Shown here piece after piece: positions 1 through 8,368 of a stretch of DNA of 38,331 nucleotides. Position numbers and translations under genes: made by a program. Origin of the DNA: Pedobacter sp. (GTDB lineage: Bacteria > Bacteroidota > Bacteroidia > Sphingobacteriales > Sphingobacteriaceae); the NCBI GenBank assembly GCA_041671205.1, contig JBAZCD010000001.1, positions 1 to 38,331 on the forward strand. Reading direction: 5' to 3'. The notes under the pieces are model-generated. The model saw only the letters and a list, made by a program, of their open reading frames with translations. It was not told where the DNA came from and did not search any database. The number at the start of each line of letters is the position of its first letter. Within the stretch, counting starts at the first letter, position 1.

Positions 1-1
1 C

Positions 2-97
2 GGGATTGAGAGGTTTATCGCGTGGGTTTTAGGCAGAGACAGAATACAGGATATGATTTTATACCCAAGATTAAAAAATATCATTTGCATTCCATAA
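2..97 (+). CDS. 3' end (partial) of a class IIb aminoacyl-tRNA synthetase-like protein (AsnRS/AspRS/AsnA-like)
   Basis: Frame 2 reads GIERFIAWVLGRDRIQDMILYPRLKNIICIP*, matching class II aaRS motif 3 (GxER..W..G...I.D.I.(F/Y)PR). Not in the ORF track because the window edge truncates it. Confidence 0.75.
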   Translation, partial: GIERFIAWVLGRDRIQDMILYPRLKNIICIP

Positions 98-299
98 GCA
101 TCTGTATTTGTTCTGAATCACTCTAAAAAAGTAAAATGTTATTAGGATACGATACGTAAATGTATTGTGTAAATCTATAAAGCAAGTTATTTAAAACTGA
201 ATTTAAGATTGATAACAACAATAACGTTTAGATACTCGGTCTTGGGTTGTTAGTTAAGGCTGGTATATATCTCGTATCCTTAGGTTATGTTCCATTTTT

Positions 300-316
300 G
301 CTCCCCCGCGAGGATT
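300..316 (-). repeat. Displaced copy of the tRNA-Asn 3' end (att scar)
   Basis: GCTCCCCCGCGAGGATT is identical to 33739-33755 (T-loop to discriminator base of the tRNA). Confidence 0.9.
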
Positions 317-415
317 TCCGACTCATTCCTTCACTGGACTGCCGCCTTCGGCGTCTGGCTCCTCATCCACTTGGTGAAGTTACTGGGTTTATGACTTCTT
401 TTCCATCCAAGTACG

Positions 416-934
416 TCAGTCGTTCTTGAATTGCAGAATGGTGCCACTACTTATTTTATATTGTTGGTAATTACCATTTTCAGGTTCACCGTTAAAATAA
501 ACTTGTGTCCAAATTCCCACTCCCGCATGGGTAACAACAAGTACATTTTTGTTTTGATAATCATTTAGGATAAAATCCCAAAATTGTTTCAAACGGTCTT
601 TAAAAAAGGGAAGTGGCTCAATACCATATCGTGTTTCGTTTGGATCATTGAAGTCGACTATTCCTTTTGGATTAATTTTACCTTCTAATTCACCATTACA
701 TCTTTCTTTTAGACGTTCTTCAATAATAATTTTGCCTGGATAAATTATTTGGCAAGTTTTTAAGGCGCGTTTTAATGGACTTGAAAAAACAGCATCAAAT
801 TTAATTCCTGATAATTGTATAACGATATCTTTGGCTTGCTGTATTCCTGTTTCGTTAAGTTCAATATCAGTTTGTCCTTGATTTCTTCCTTCTAGATTCC
901 AATCAGTTTGTCCGTGTCTTACTAAATAAATCAT
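416..934 (-). CDS. Histidine phosphatase (phosphoglycerate mutase family)
   Basis: IYLVRHGQTDWN, SSPLKRA and VVTHAG motifs. Confidence 0.92.
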   Translation of the reverse strand: MIYLVRHGQTDWNLEGRNQGQTDIELNETGIQQAKDIVIQLSGIKFDAVFSSPLKRALKTCQIIYPGKIIIEERLKERCNGELEGKINPKGIVDFNDPNETRYGIEPLPFFKDRLKQFWDFILNDYQNKNVLVVTHAGVGIWTQVYFNGEPENGNYQQYKISSGTILQFKND

Positions 935-1134
935 AGTTATTTTTTTAATACAAATACATATAAAACAATTGGTTTAAATATTCTATTTGGTTTTTGAAAA
1001 ATATCAATTATTCTTTTTATTTGAAAAATAATATCTTAAAGCCGGTACTTACCGTCTTTTTTGCTTGGCTCCCCCGGGTGGAGACAACACGTATCAGGGA
1101 ATGGATTAATCGCTATCTATTAACCAATCAATTA

Positions 1135-1428
1135 TTATTCTTGGATAATTGGTCTTTGGGCAATTACAACTATTGATTCAACCTGTTCACCAGGCATAGA
1201 CAGGGCAATTACACTCCGAATCTCCAAGTCTAGGTTACAAATAAATGACAGTCCAGAAGCGATATCTTCCCCACACATGTTAGAAGTCCTTTTACCTGTA
1301 AAAGGGTCTTCATGATGGCCAGTTGTTTCTAAGAGAAATATATTGCCTGGATATTGGGTTAAGTTAAACCTATGATTGCCTGATACTTGTTCACCTTCGG
1401 GCAAACGAGGGAAAAATTCTCTTGTCAT
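1135..1428 (-). CDS. Hypothetical protein
   Basis: 97-aa ATG ORF on the same strand as its neighbours; no motif recognised. Confidence 0.5.
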   Translation of the reverse strand: MTREFFPRLPEGEQVSGNHRFNLTQYPGNIFLLETTGHHEDPFTGKRTSNMCGEDIASGLSFICNLDLEIRSVIALSMPGEQVESIVVIAQRPIIQE

Positions 1429-1525
1429 ATATATTTATTATATCAAACAGTATCGCTTTAAAGTATGAAATGGCGGATGGGAGTCTATTAATTTACCAGT
1501 GGCGAGACATATGACTGACTTAAGG

Positions 1526-2338
1526 TTATTTGTATACTTCTGCCTCGGCCTTTGTAGTACATTCCTTTGAATAATTTGCCATTATTGCGACTCTTTGATC
1601 TTCAGTGATATTAAAATTACTCAAATGTGACTTTCTTTCATTAATACAGTCATTGTATATTTTGGCATATAACTCTTGTCTTTTAATATTTTGATCAATC
1701 TCCTCTACTTTAGCCTGTAACTTCTCGATTTCTTCCATATTTTCCTGAGGGACAGAAGCAGCGGTGGGTCCGATTTTTATTCTTTTAATATATATAGCTG
1801 GTGATGGTTTCGCAGTCGGAGTTGGCTGCATTATAATTTTGATATCTTGGATGGTAGCTTGCACTTCTTGAATTCGAGCATCGTTTGAAGCTAGTAGAGA
1901 TAACTGTTGGAGTGCTTCGGAATAGTTTTTGTTATGGTATGCGTCCATGCCTAGTTCATAGTGATTATCCGACCTTATCATTACTTGGGCTTTGTTTATT
2001 TTTGATTCTAAATCGCTATTTTTAAAACTTTTATGAATTCTTTCTGGAAGCCAGAATTTCTTGGCCGTTAGATATTCTTCAAGCGCGGAGGTATATTTGT
2101 TGTTCTTGTATTCCTTGTCCCCGTATTGTTCGTGTTTTTTTGAATAGGCCAGGGTAACACCCGAAGCTATGGCTATTAAGACAAGTATGATCACCAGTAT
2201 TTGCATGATTCTTGGTCTGAATAGATTAGATATTGAAATTCTGTACTTTATAGCTGTATTTTCGCCTATTTTTCCGCCACAATATTTACAATAAATGCTA
2301 GTACTTGATACTTTCTTACCGCAAAACGCACAAAACAT
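1526..2338 (-). CDS. Zinc-ribbon, single-TM, TPR-like helical protein
   Basis: N-terminal CxxCG...CxxCG, hydrophobic ILVIILVLIAIASGV, TPR-like 'GDKEYKNNKYTSALEEY' and 'HYELGMDAYHNKNYSEAL', Pro/Thr linker. Confidence 0.75.
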   Translation of the reverse strand: MFCAFCGKKVSSTSIYCKYCGGKIGENTAIKYRISISNLFRPRIMQILVIILVLIAIASGVTLAYSKKHEQYGDKEYKNNKYTSALEEYLTAKKFWLPERIHKSFKNSDLESKINKAQVMIRSDNHYELGMDAYHNKNYSEALQQLSLLASNDARIQEVQATIQDIKIIMQPTPTAKPSPAIYIKRIKIGPTAASVPQENMEEIEKLQAKVEEIDQNIKRQELYAKIYNDCINERKSHLSNFNITEDQRVAIMANYSKECTTKAEAEVYK

Positions 2339-2343
2339 AAGAC

Positions 2344-2580
2344 TTATTTTTCCTTTTTTAATTGATTTAATATTCGGGCTCCCCTAGCGTAACCGACTTT
2401 GAATCTTCGCTGAATTAGTGAGGCAGATATTTCATTACCTTCTTTGGCATATTTTTTGACATCTTCTAGGATTTCGTCATCTTCCCGATATTCAGTAAAA
2501 TTACATACAAGAAAATTCTCAATTCGTTTTAATCGTTTTTCTATACGGACAAGAATGGTTTGAACATTTTCATCTTTCAT
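2344..2580 (-). CDS. Stand-alone FtsK gamma (winged-helix) domain protein
   Basis: ISASLIQRRFKVGYARGARILNQL matches the FtsK-gamma signature S.S.LQRR..IGY.RAAR; no motor domain. Confidence 0.85.
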   Translation of the reverse strand: MKDENVQTILVRIEKRLKRIENFLVCNFTEYREDDEILEDVKKYAKEGNEISASLIQRRFKVGYARGARILNQLKKEK

Positions 2581-2619
2581 ATTTTCTTTTTAAACTTTTA
2601 ATTCAGAAATTATATTTTC

Positions 2620-3042
2620 CTATAGATTCTCTATAGATTTTTCTATGTCCTTTGTACTAGGGTAATAGGCCCAAATTGGCATAAAATCCCATTGTTGACC
2701 ATTATTGTCCCAACTTCGACAAAAAACATATCTAGGAGTATTTAAATACTCTGAGGCGAAATAGCACGTTAGATTCCTAGTAAAGATATATCCTCCGTTA
2801 TCAAAGAAGATTTGCGTATTTTTATTATCTACCAATTTCACATTTAGTTTATAGCAATCATCATTGGAATAATACGGAACTTTACAAACTTGTATTGTGT
2901 CTGTCCCTTTCCAAAAAGGCTTTTTCTCACCATTTATATAGTTGCTATAAATTCTGTTTGCCACCCAACAAAAAAGAATAATATAGATGATAAATTTAAG
3001 CATTCGCATTTTTAATGCTTTTATATAACCAATATCCTCCAT
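2620..3042 (-). CDS. Membrane-anchored or secreted Cys-containing hypothetical protein (true start probably ~3003-3009)
   Basis: Hydrophobic N-terminal segment FIIYIILFCWVA followed by four spaced Cys. Confidence 0.65.
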   Translation of the reverse strand: MEDIGYIKALKMRMLKFIIYIILFCWVANRIYSNYINGEKKPFWKGTDTIQVCKVPYYSNDDCYKLNVKLVDNKNTQIFFDNGGYIFTRNLTCYFASEYLNTPRYVFCRSWDNNGQQWDFMPIWAYYPSTKDIEKSIENL

Positions 3043-3409
3043 AGGCCATTATGGGAAGAATGAGGGGGGAGGCTCCACTATCCTCCGCGTTTTTGTTTGA
3101 GGCAATCCCGTCTGTAGGGGTAGGTGTGTTTCTGACAAAGAAAGGGGTACTTGAGGGAGGATTGTTGTCTTGATGAACTATAGGGTTTGTTATTTTCCTG
3201 GGCGGTATAGCTATTTCCTTTTTAACTGGTCTTTGAGCACATTCAGGGTAATAAGGTAGACAAGTCGCCGATAATCCGGTTCCGTCACAACAGCTACAAC
3301 CACACACCCCCTTATGGTGGGAGCAACAACCGGAACGGGCTTCAATTCCATAAACAGGAAAACTTAAGAATATTACAAAAAGTAAAATAAATGCGATAAA
3401 TATTTTCAT
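2996..3409 (-). CDS. Secreted Cys-rich protein with C-terminal TM
   Basis: Signal peptide, RSGCCSHHKGVCGCSCCDG motif, Pro/Thr-rich linker, terminal hydrophobic segment. Confidence 0.75.
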   Translation of the reverse strand: MKIFIAFILLFVIFLSFPVYGIEARSGCCSHHKGVCGCSCCDGTGLSATCLPYYPECAQRPVKKEIAIPPRKITNPIVHQDNNPPSSTPFFVRNTPTPTDGIASNKNAEDSGASPLILPIMAYGGYWLYKSIKNANA

Positions 3410-3528
3410 CTTGATTTTCTGACTTTTTCAATCTTAGATAATTCAATTTCCCAAATCGAATCGTCGTCTTCGGCATGACAAGTCCATTTGTTTTTGGAAT
3501 CCATATCACAATATTCAAATTAAAGGAA

Positions 3529-4065
3529 CTATTGGCTATCCAGCGCAGTTTGGAGAAGGGCTTTATTATATGAATTAGTTTTTTTTGTTTCGTCAATTGC
3601 TGAACGGTCTAAAAGTTGGTCAATAATTTCCAGGTCTAAATCCGAATTAACTTTATCAATTAGATTAATAGCCAAAGACATGTCGTTTTCTGATGCGGAA
3701 TCGGAGGCTAGGGCAATGTATGCTTTCCCCAACGAAATTTCGTCGTTTCCAAGTTTAACTAGCTGTGATCTTCCTTCTTTGCACGACAATGATACTATTT
3801 CCCAATCATATGTATAGTTTTCACAATCTAGTTTGCTTGATAGATCGAGAATGTCTTGACCATCAGAAGACATGTCTGAGCCTAATTTATCATATGAAAC
3901 TAAATCGTCTTTGTTAATATTTTCTACATACTGTTCAGCTTGTTGTTGCGACATACCTGTGTCCTTTGAAAAGTTCTTGGCAATGTCTGCTTTGCTAAGG
4001 CTGAAAACTGTACCGCCAATAACTAGTGTAATTACTCCTGTGATAATTCCACCTTTATTTGCCAT
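3529..4065 (-). CDS. Membrane-anchored hypothetical protein
   Basis: N-terminal TM GGIITGVITLVIGGTVF, acidic helical body. Confidence 0.7.
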   Translation of the reverse strand: MANKGGIITGVITLVIGGTVFSLSKADIAKNFSKDTGMSQQQAEQYVENINKDDLVSYDKLGSDMSSDGQDILDLSSKLDCENYTYDWEIVSLSCKEGRSQLVKLGNDEISLGKAYIALASDSASENDMSLAINLIDKVNSDLDLEIIDQLLDRSAIDETKKTNSYNKALLQTALDSQ

Positions 4066-4106
4066 ATAGTTCGATTTTAATTTTTAATATAAATGATATT
4101 TGTTAT

Positions 4107-4781
4107 CTATTTCCCTGATAAAATTCTGACTGACTTATTGCCCATAAATAATCTAAGAATTGGATTTTTTAGTCTATCTTGTGTTGGATGAAAAACCGTA
4201 AGCACCTCCATACTTTCTCTGGAAAAAGATTCTGCCGTATCAGCCTCCCAATCTAAAACATTCCAATACCACGTGTCGCATGTATTCAAATCTTCATTAC
4301 TTAAATTTGATGTTTCATAACAGTTAGCTAGTTTTTGTTCTGCAATTTTTTCATATTTTGAAATCATGCTGTTTGCATATCTAATACTAGATGTATAGTA
4401 ACTATGGACTTTTATCTGTACTTCTTGGTTTAGCTGGGCAACGTATTGCAGAGGTTCTGTTGACTGTGTCCATAAATCATTTGTATATAAATAGAAGTTG
4501 TGGAAAACGTTGGGTTTATCTTTTTTAACAATGTGCTCGCTATTAAACTTACTAATGTTATTTGCGTGTAGCATATTTAACATTATTTCATTTTCGATGG
4601 CCTCGAGAATTCTTTGCTTCTGTATTAATTCCTGAACTTGAACTGTAACCATGTTTACAAGTAAGCTGAATATGGCCCCAATTAGCAAACCACTCAAAAA
4701 CCCATCTATTTTTAGTTTCCTAAGTGGGGAAAAAATAACAAGTGGCGCTGAAAAGACTGCTTTTAAATTAAGCTTTGACAT
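4107..4781 (-). CDS. Single-TM hypothetical protein
   Basis: TM GFLSGLLIGAIFSLLV followed by a helical region. Confidence 0.7.
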   Translation of the reverse strand: MSKLNLKAVFSAPLVIFSPLRKLKIDGFLSGLLIGAIFSLLVNMVTVQVQELIQKQRILEAIENEIMLNMLHANNISKFNSEHIVKKDKPNVFHNFYLYTNDLWTQSTEPLQYVAQLNQEVQIKVHSYYTSSIRYANSMISKYEKIAEQKLANCYETSNLSNEDLNTCDTWYWNVLDWEADTAESFSRESMEVLTVFHPTQDRLKNPILRLFMGNKSVRILSGK

Positions 4782-5070
4782 TTATCTTTAATGGAGATAC
4801 TGCAATAAAAATTAATATTGAGCTTATTAAGTGAATAGAAACCAAACTTTGTTTTATTAAAAAAACTGGGGCTAGGGGGTCAAATAACATTCCTATAGCC
4901 GCAAAAACCAATACCAAGCCATGCACCATAGGTTTATGGAATATGGCAATATAAAGCAAAACGATAAAAATTACCAACCTTAAGAGTAGATAAAAACTAT
5001 AAGGCCAAAAAGTAGGGATAGCTAACAAAAGTAATATTCCATAACCAACGATAATACTTTTCATCTTCAT
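4768..5070 (-). CDS. Small integral membrane protein (DUF6804-like)
   Basis: About four TMs; 'PYSFYLLLRLVIF' and 'LFDPLAPVFL' resemble DUF6804. Confidence 0.65.
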   Translation of the reverse strand: MKMKSIIVGYGILLLLAIPTFWPYSFYLLLRLVIFIVLLYIAIFHKPMVHGLVLVFAAIGMLFDPLAPVFLIKQSLVSIHLISSILIFIAVSPLKINVKA

Positions 5071-5113
5071 TTAATCTCCTGTTGTTCAAATTATATACCT
5101 TTGGTAGTTTTTA

Positions 5114-5425
5114 TTACATCAATCCCTCATATCTCTGTTTCTGGTATTTAAGACCACAACATCTTCTACAACCTATATGATTGTGGATCTCAAAGAGAAT
5201 TCCTACTCGCTTGGAACATTCGGTACATACAAACCAATATCTTTCTCCGTACCTTGTCTTGGAGGTAGTTAGTTTAATCGGTTGGCCACAAACTTCTATT
5301 TGAGACTCTATTAGTTTCTGTTTGAGTTGTTTTATAGCTTGACGGACAAAATCATTGATATTAATTTTCCGACTCCACTCTACAACTCTAGAATCTCCTA
5401 AATCATTTGGCTTTATTGGTTTCAT
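5114..5425 (-). CDS. Zn-binding mobile-element protein
   Basis: RYGERYWFVCTECSKRV...GCRRCCGLKY..Q pattern of the type seen in integrated elements. Confidence 0.7.
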   Translation of the reverse strand: MKPIKPNDLGDSRVVEWSRKININDFVRQAIKQLKQKLIESQIEVCGQPIKLTTSKTRYGERYWFVCTECSKRVGILFEIHNHIGCRRCCGLKYQKQRYEGLM

Positions 5426-5570
5426 TGACTTGAACTAGCTGGTTTTGGCCAACAACGGCAGTGTCCGTTTTAATTTTTAACTGTAGGGGTGGCTGTTTAA
5501 AGGATCGAAGAGTCTGGATTGAAGCCAGAAAATGACGATTGGCGCGGTCTAGTTCCTTACTTAATAGCGA
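5403..5570 (-). pseudogene. Headless 3' gene fragment
   Basis: Open frame ...SKELDRANRHFLASIQTLRSFKQPPLQLKIKTDTAVVGQNQLVQVNETNKAK* with no start codon; overlaps the start of 5114-5425 and is cut at the DUF4145 gene end. Confidence 0.5.
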
Positions 5571-6276
5571 CTTTTAAAACCTTTTTATCGTCGGCAATTT
5601 TTTTAATCTCAGTAAGACGCTGCTTTCTCTCGTATCGATTTATATACCATTCCTCAATTAGTAATTCTATCAACCCGATTAATTTTGTTGCCTCTTCCGG
5701 CTCAACATCAATAATTACATTCACATCTAATTCCATATGCGCACCAATGTTTCCTACCTCGCGAACAGCATCAATTGCTGCCCAAACATCAGGATCAACT
5801 AAATCTTTTATTGCTTCAATCTCATTCTTTAGGGTCCATAATCCTTTATAATCTTGCGGCTTTTTTACTCCCCAAAAATCCCTAATCATTCCTTGAAGGG
5901 CTCTTCGTGAGAGGGTAGCTGAGGCTTTGGGGCTATCTTCTTTAATTTTGCATGATTCTTCATAGTCCTCAATTATTGCACTGGGCACAATATCCTTGGG
6001 GTAAATTTTCGCTTCCGAATCAGGAATAAGATGCCAAAAATGTGTTATGTTTTCCGTTTGAATTCTTCTACCTGATTCGCTAAGCCTCACCTCAAGTAAC
6101 CCCAATGTAAATGTAATTTTTTTACAAGCTGGGTTCGGGCACACGATAAACCTACCCATAACAGATTTATACCCATCAACACTTCGCACGTAATTCTCAC
6201 CCCTAACATCGTCAATATCATGATCCCCAATCGTTGATGGATGTTTGCAAAACGGACAAGTCCAATTTTGTCTCAT
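5557..6276 (-). CDS. DUF4145 (HEPN-like) domain protein with N-terminal Zn ribbon
   Basis: CPFC...CPNPAC; DYEES...SPKASATLSRRALQGMIRD; REVGNIGAH (RxxxNxxxH). Confidence 0.88.
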   Translation of the reverse strand: MRQNWTCPFCKHPSTIGDHDIDDVRGENYVRSVDGYKSVMGRFIVCPNPACKKITFTLGLLEVRLSESGRRIQTENITHFWHLIPDSEAKIYPKDIVPSAIIEDYEESCKIKEDSPKASATLSRRALQGMIRDFWGVKKPQDYKGLWTLKNEIEAIKDLVDPDVWAAIDAVREVGNIGAHMELDVNVIIDVEPEEATKLIGLIELLIEEWYINRYERKQRLTEIKKIADDKKVLKVAIK

Positions 6277-6325
6277 TATATTAAAAATATTAAAATCCTT
6301 TAATTTGGTATATTAAGCACCAACA

Positions 6326-6438
6326 GGCTCCCCCGCGAGGATTTCCCACAAGGGGACTAGGTACTTCGTACCGTCGCTTCTCATCCTCGGATAAATAATT
6401 AAAAAAGACGGCAAGAACCGTCTTTTTTAATTAGCTCC
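6326..6438. mobile_element. Empty tRNA-linked mini-unit U2 (~110 bp)
   Basis: GGCTCCCCCGCGAGGATT (18-nt tRNA 3' copy), a structured motif, a 16-bp inverted repeat, then the GCTCC core. Confidence 0.7.
6396..6433. terminator. Bidirectional intrinsic terminator-like hairpin
   Basis: TAATTAAAAAAGACGG / CCGTCTTTTTTAATTA, a perfect 16-bp inverted repeat with A/T tracts, abutting the att core. Confidence 0.8.
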
Positions 6439-6644
6439 CCAGACCAGCAGATGTTCCTGCTGTGCTCCTAGATAAAGAGGTTATGTCTCAAGTAAAGAAT
6501 CAGTTAGAGATGATAAAAGATGTAGAGGAAAATAAAGTCGTTAGTGACGATTCAAACATGGAGGTAATCAACTATGAAGCCAAACGAACTGTACGCTCTA
6601 AGAACAAGGGGCAAAAAGTACATCAGCCAGCAGCAACTTGCTAA
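6435..6644 (+). other. Orphan in-frame tail, probable native C-terminus of the element C integrase
   Basis: Open for 69 codons from the core CTC codon (LPRPADVPAVLLDKEV...AATC*), immediately preceded by TAG; same frame relative to the core as all three LSRs. Confidence 0.6.
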
Positions 6645-6759
6645 CTTGAGCGGGTATACTCGGGAATACATTTCTTATATCGAAACTGGTAAGGCCAAAC
6701 CCTCAAAAAGATGTTGGAAGACTCTGATAGATGCATTACTCGTGTCAAACTCAACTTAA
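6574..6759 (+). CDS. XRE-family HTH regulator
   Basis: ISQQQLANLSGYTREYISYIETGKAKPS; SD GGAGGT upstream. Confidence 0.85.
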   Translation: MKPNELYALRTRGKKYISQQQLANLSGYTREYISYIETGKAKPSKRCWKTLIDALLVSNST

Positions 6760-6821
6760 TAGATATTTTAATATCCTTATTTGAAGGAGGAAGAATAAAA
6801 ATATTCTTTAGTCAAAACTAC

Positions 6822-7253
6822 CTATAAGATTGAAGGGATTAATATAAAAGATAATAAAACCATGATACCTATCAGCACAATAACAACAATTGGTTTTATA
6901 TACCAAGGGCTTTTTACAAGTAATGGGGTAAATATAAAAATTGAAAGCAAGGGGACAATTAATGCGCCTATAGCTACCGCAACAATAAGTCTTTTTTCTC
7001 GGGCTTTGCTATCTTCGGCTAGTTGTACACTTATTTGACTTTGCTGTTCATCAGCGCGTTTTTTAACATCAGCCTTCTGCTCTGGTGATAGTTCTCTGCG
7101 CTGTCTTGTTTGGGCTAAATAGTTGTTGTTTTCATTTAAACTAGCCGCTTTTGCTTCTATTTTGTCTTTTGATAAAGCTTCAATATTTGCAAATAAAGTT
7201 AATAAGAGTACAAAAGAGAAAGTTAATTTTAGTATTTTTTTCAATGTTTTCAC
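6822..7253 (-). CDS. Membrane protein
   Basis: Signal-like N-terminus, charged helix, two C-terminal TMs. Confidence 0.65.
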   Translation of the reverse strand: MKTLKKILKLTFSFVLLLTLFANIEALSKDKIEAKAASLNENNNYLAQTRQRRELSPEQKADVKKRADEQQSQISVQLAEDSKAREKRLIVAVAIGALIVPLLSIFIFTPLLVKSPWYIKPIVVIVLIGIMVLLSFILIPSIL

Positions 7254-7307
7254 TCTTTTATTCTACTAAAAACAGGAAAATTTTACTAATTCGGCGAGTA
7301 GCCAATT

Positions 7308-7883
7308 TTAAACGCCAAATGTTTTAACATCGTTATCATCGAGAAAAACCCAGCGTTCGAGAAGTTTGGCAAAACGGTCACCTCTCCAATCATCCCCCTG
7401 ATTCTCGCTCCAGTTTTCCCAGGCACTTCCTGTATGTGGGCAGTCAGACCGTAAACCCTCGGTAATTTCTTTAAACGTATCAAAGGCATTTTCTGCCGCC
7501 ATTCCCAAAAAGATGAAATAAGGAGCATTGAGAAGTCCTCTGATAGAACATTCAACATTTTGATAAAGCTCAACGCTCCATGGACGGGCTTTCTTCTCTT
7601 TTTTCATCCTTTCCACGATTGTTTTTAGTGTATTCCTTGCAGTTTGTTCGGACTGATATGGATTTATTGCAACACTAACCATGTCAGGCAGACGAGACAT
7701 AATAGCAGCCAGGTCACTTGGCATTGGTTTATCCGTAAAATATTTTTGCCTTTGTTCTTCAACATATCTTTTTCTATCTTCCTTGGCAGCAGTAAACAAT
7801 GCTTTTAGACGATTTCCATCAAGAAGTTTAAAATAGGGAGTTCTACCAATCTCGTATATATTTTCCTCATTGTTCATAAGCAT
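7308..7883 (-). CDS. Hypothetical protein
   Basis: 191-aa ORF tightly following 7891-8271. Confidence 0.65.
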   Translation of the reverse strand: MLMNNEENIYEIGRTPYFKLLDGNRLKALFTAAKEDRKRYVEEQRQKYFTDKPMPSDLAAIMSRLPDMVSVAINPYQSEQTARNTLKTIVERMKKEKKARPWSVELYQNVECSIRGLLNAPYFIFLGMAAENAFDTFKEITEGLRSDCPHTGSAWENWSENQGDDWRGDRFAKLLERWVFLDDNDVKTFGV

Positions 7884-7890
7884 TTTACTA

Positions 7891-8271
7891 TCAACGGATA
7901 AAGAAGTTGAAAGAAAAGATTGCTGTTAGCCATAAAACGACATAAAACAGGTAAAACAATATTCGTACTGGAAATATTCTTAGTATACGGTGTCTACTGA
8001 GCCACCTATCCATTATTGCAAACACAATCATCATTAAAATAGTAATAATAACCGTCCTAACAATACCCACAACATCATAATCGTATGTTCCTGATGCACG
8101 AGCTTTCCTTATGGCTTCTTCCCCTATTCTGTTGGCATAATCCTGAGCCTCTTTTGCTTTTTCTGGCGATAGAGCAAAAATATGTGTTGGTAAAAAAATA
8201 CTTGCACCAGCCACAAAAGTAGTAAGCATAATAACTAAATTTATAACTTTGCTTTTTGACTGCTGTATCAT
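7891..8271 (-). CDS. Membrane protein
   Basis: Signal peptide (..IFA), LSPEKAKEAQDYA helix, two C-terminal TMs; same layout as 6822-7253. Confidence 0.7.
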   Translation of the reverse strand: MIQQSKSKVINLVIMLTTFVAGASIFLPTHIFALSPEKAKEAQDYANRIGEEAIRKARASGTYDYDVVGIVRTVIITILMMIVFAIMDRWLSRHRILRIFPVRILFYLFYVVLWLTAIFSFNFFIR

Positions 8272-8368
8272 ATATTTTTTACTCTTATTATTATAATCTC
8301 ATGAACCACCTTGAGGACATTATCATTTATGACATGGAATTGAGTCGAAACCACACCAGCGATAAAAC

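Larger units (their letters stand above)
300..1072. mobile_element. Small tRNA-linked unit U1 carrying a histidine phosphatase gene
   Basis: Bounded by the tRNA 3' copy at 300 and GCTTGGCTCCCCCG at 1063-1076; shares left and right end motifs with 6326-6438. Confidence 0.6.
1068..6331. mobile_element. Element D: degenerate or non-autonomous island without an integrase
   Basis: Flanked by GCTCC cores (1068, 6327); AT-rich, all genes on the minus strand; orphan in-frame tail at 1069-1176; no recombinase ORF. Confidence 0.6.

Noticed and set aside
356-362. TGGCTCC as an additional att site
   Set aside because: It falls inside the conserved U1/U2 motif, where U2 has GCTTC; probably chance.
247-429. 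60-aa ORF containing LLPREDF
   Set aside because: It reads across the tRNA scar and hairpin motif, with no integrase body upstream; not a credible gene.
994-1176. 60-aa ORF as a stand-alone gene
   Set aside because: It spans a junction; only 1069-1176 is interpretable, as an orphan integrase tail.
3342-3596. 84-aa minus-strand ORF
   Set aside because: It overlaps both neighbours substantially. A 32-aa ORF at 3406-3504 fits the gap better but is unsupported.
5519-5851. Antisense or alternate-frame ORFs (also 3872, 7286, 9483, 9855, 10538, 11483, 14402, 17478, 22230, 24470, 30575, 31865, 35433, 37845 and similar)
   Set aside because: These are shadows of well-supported genes and show no motifs.
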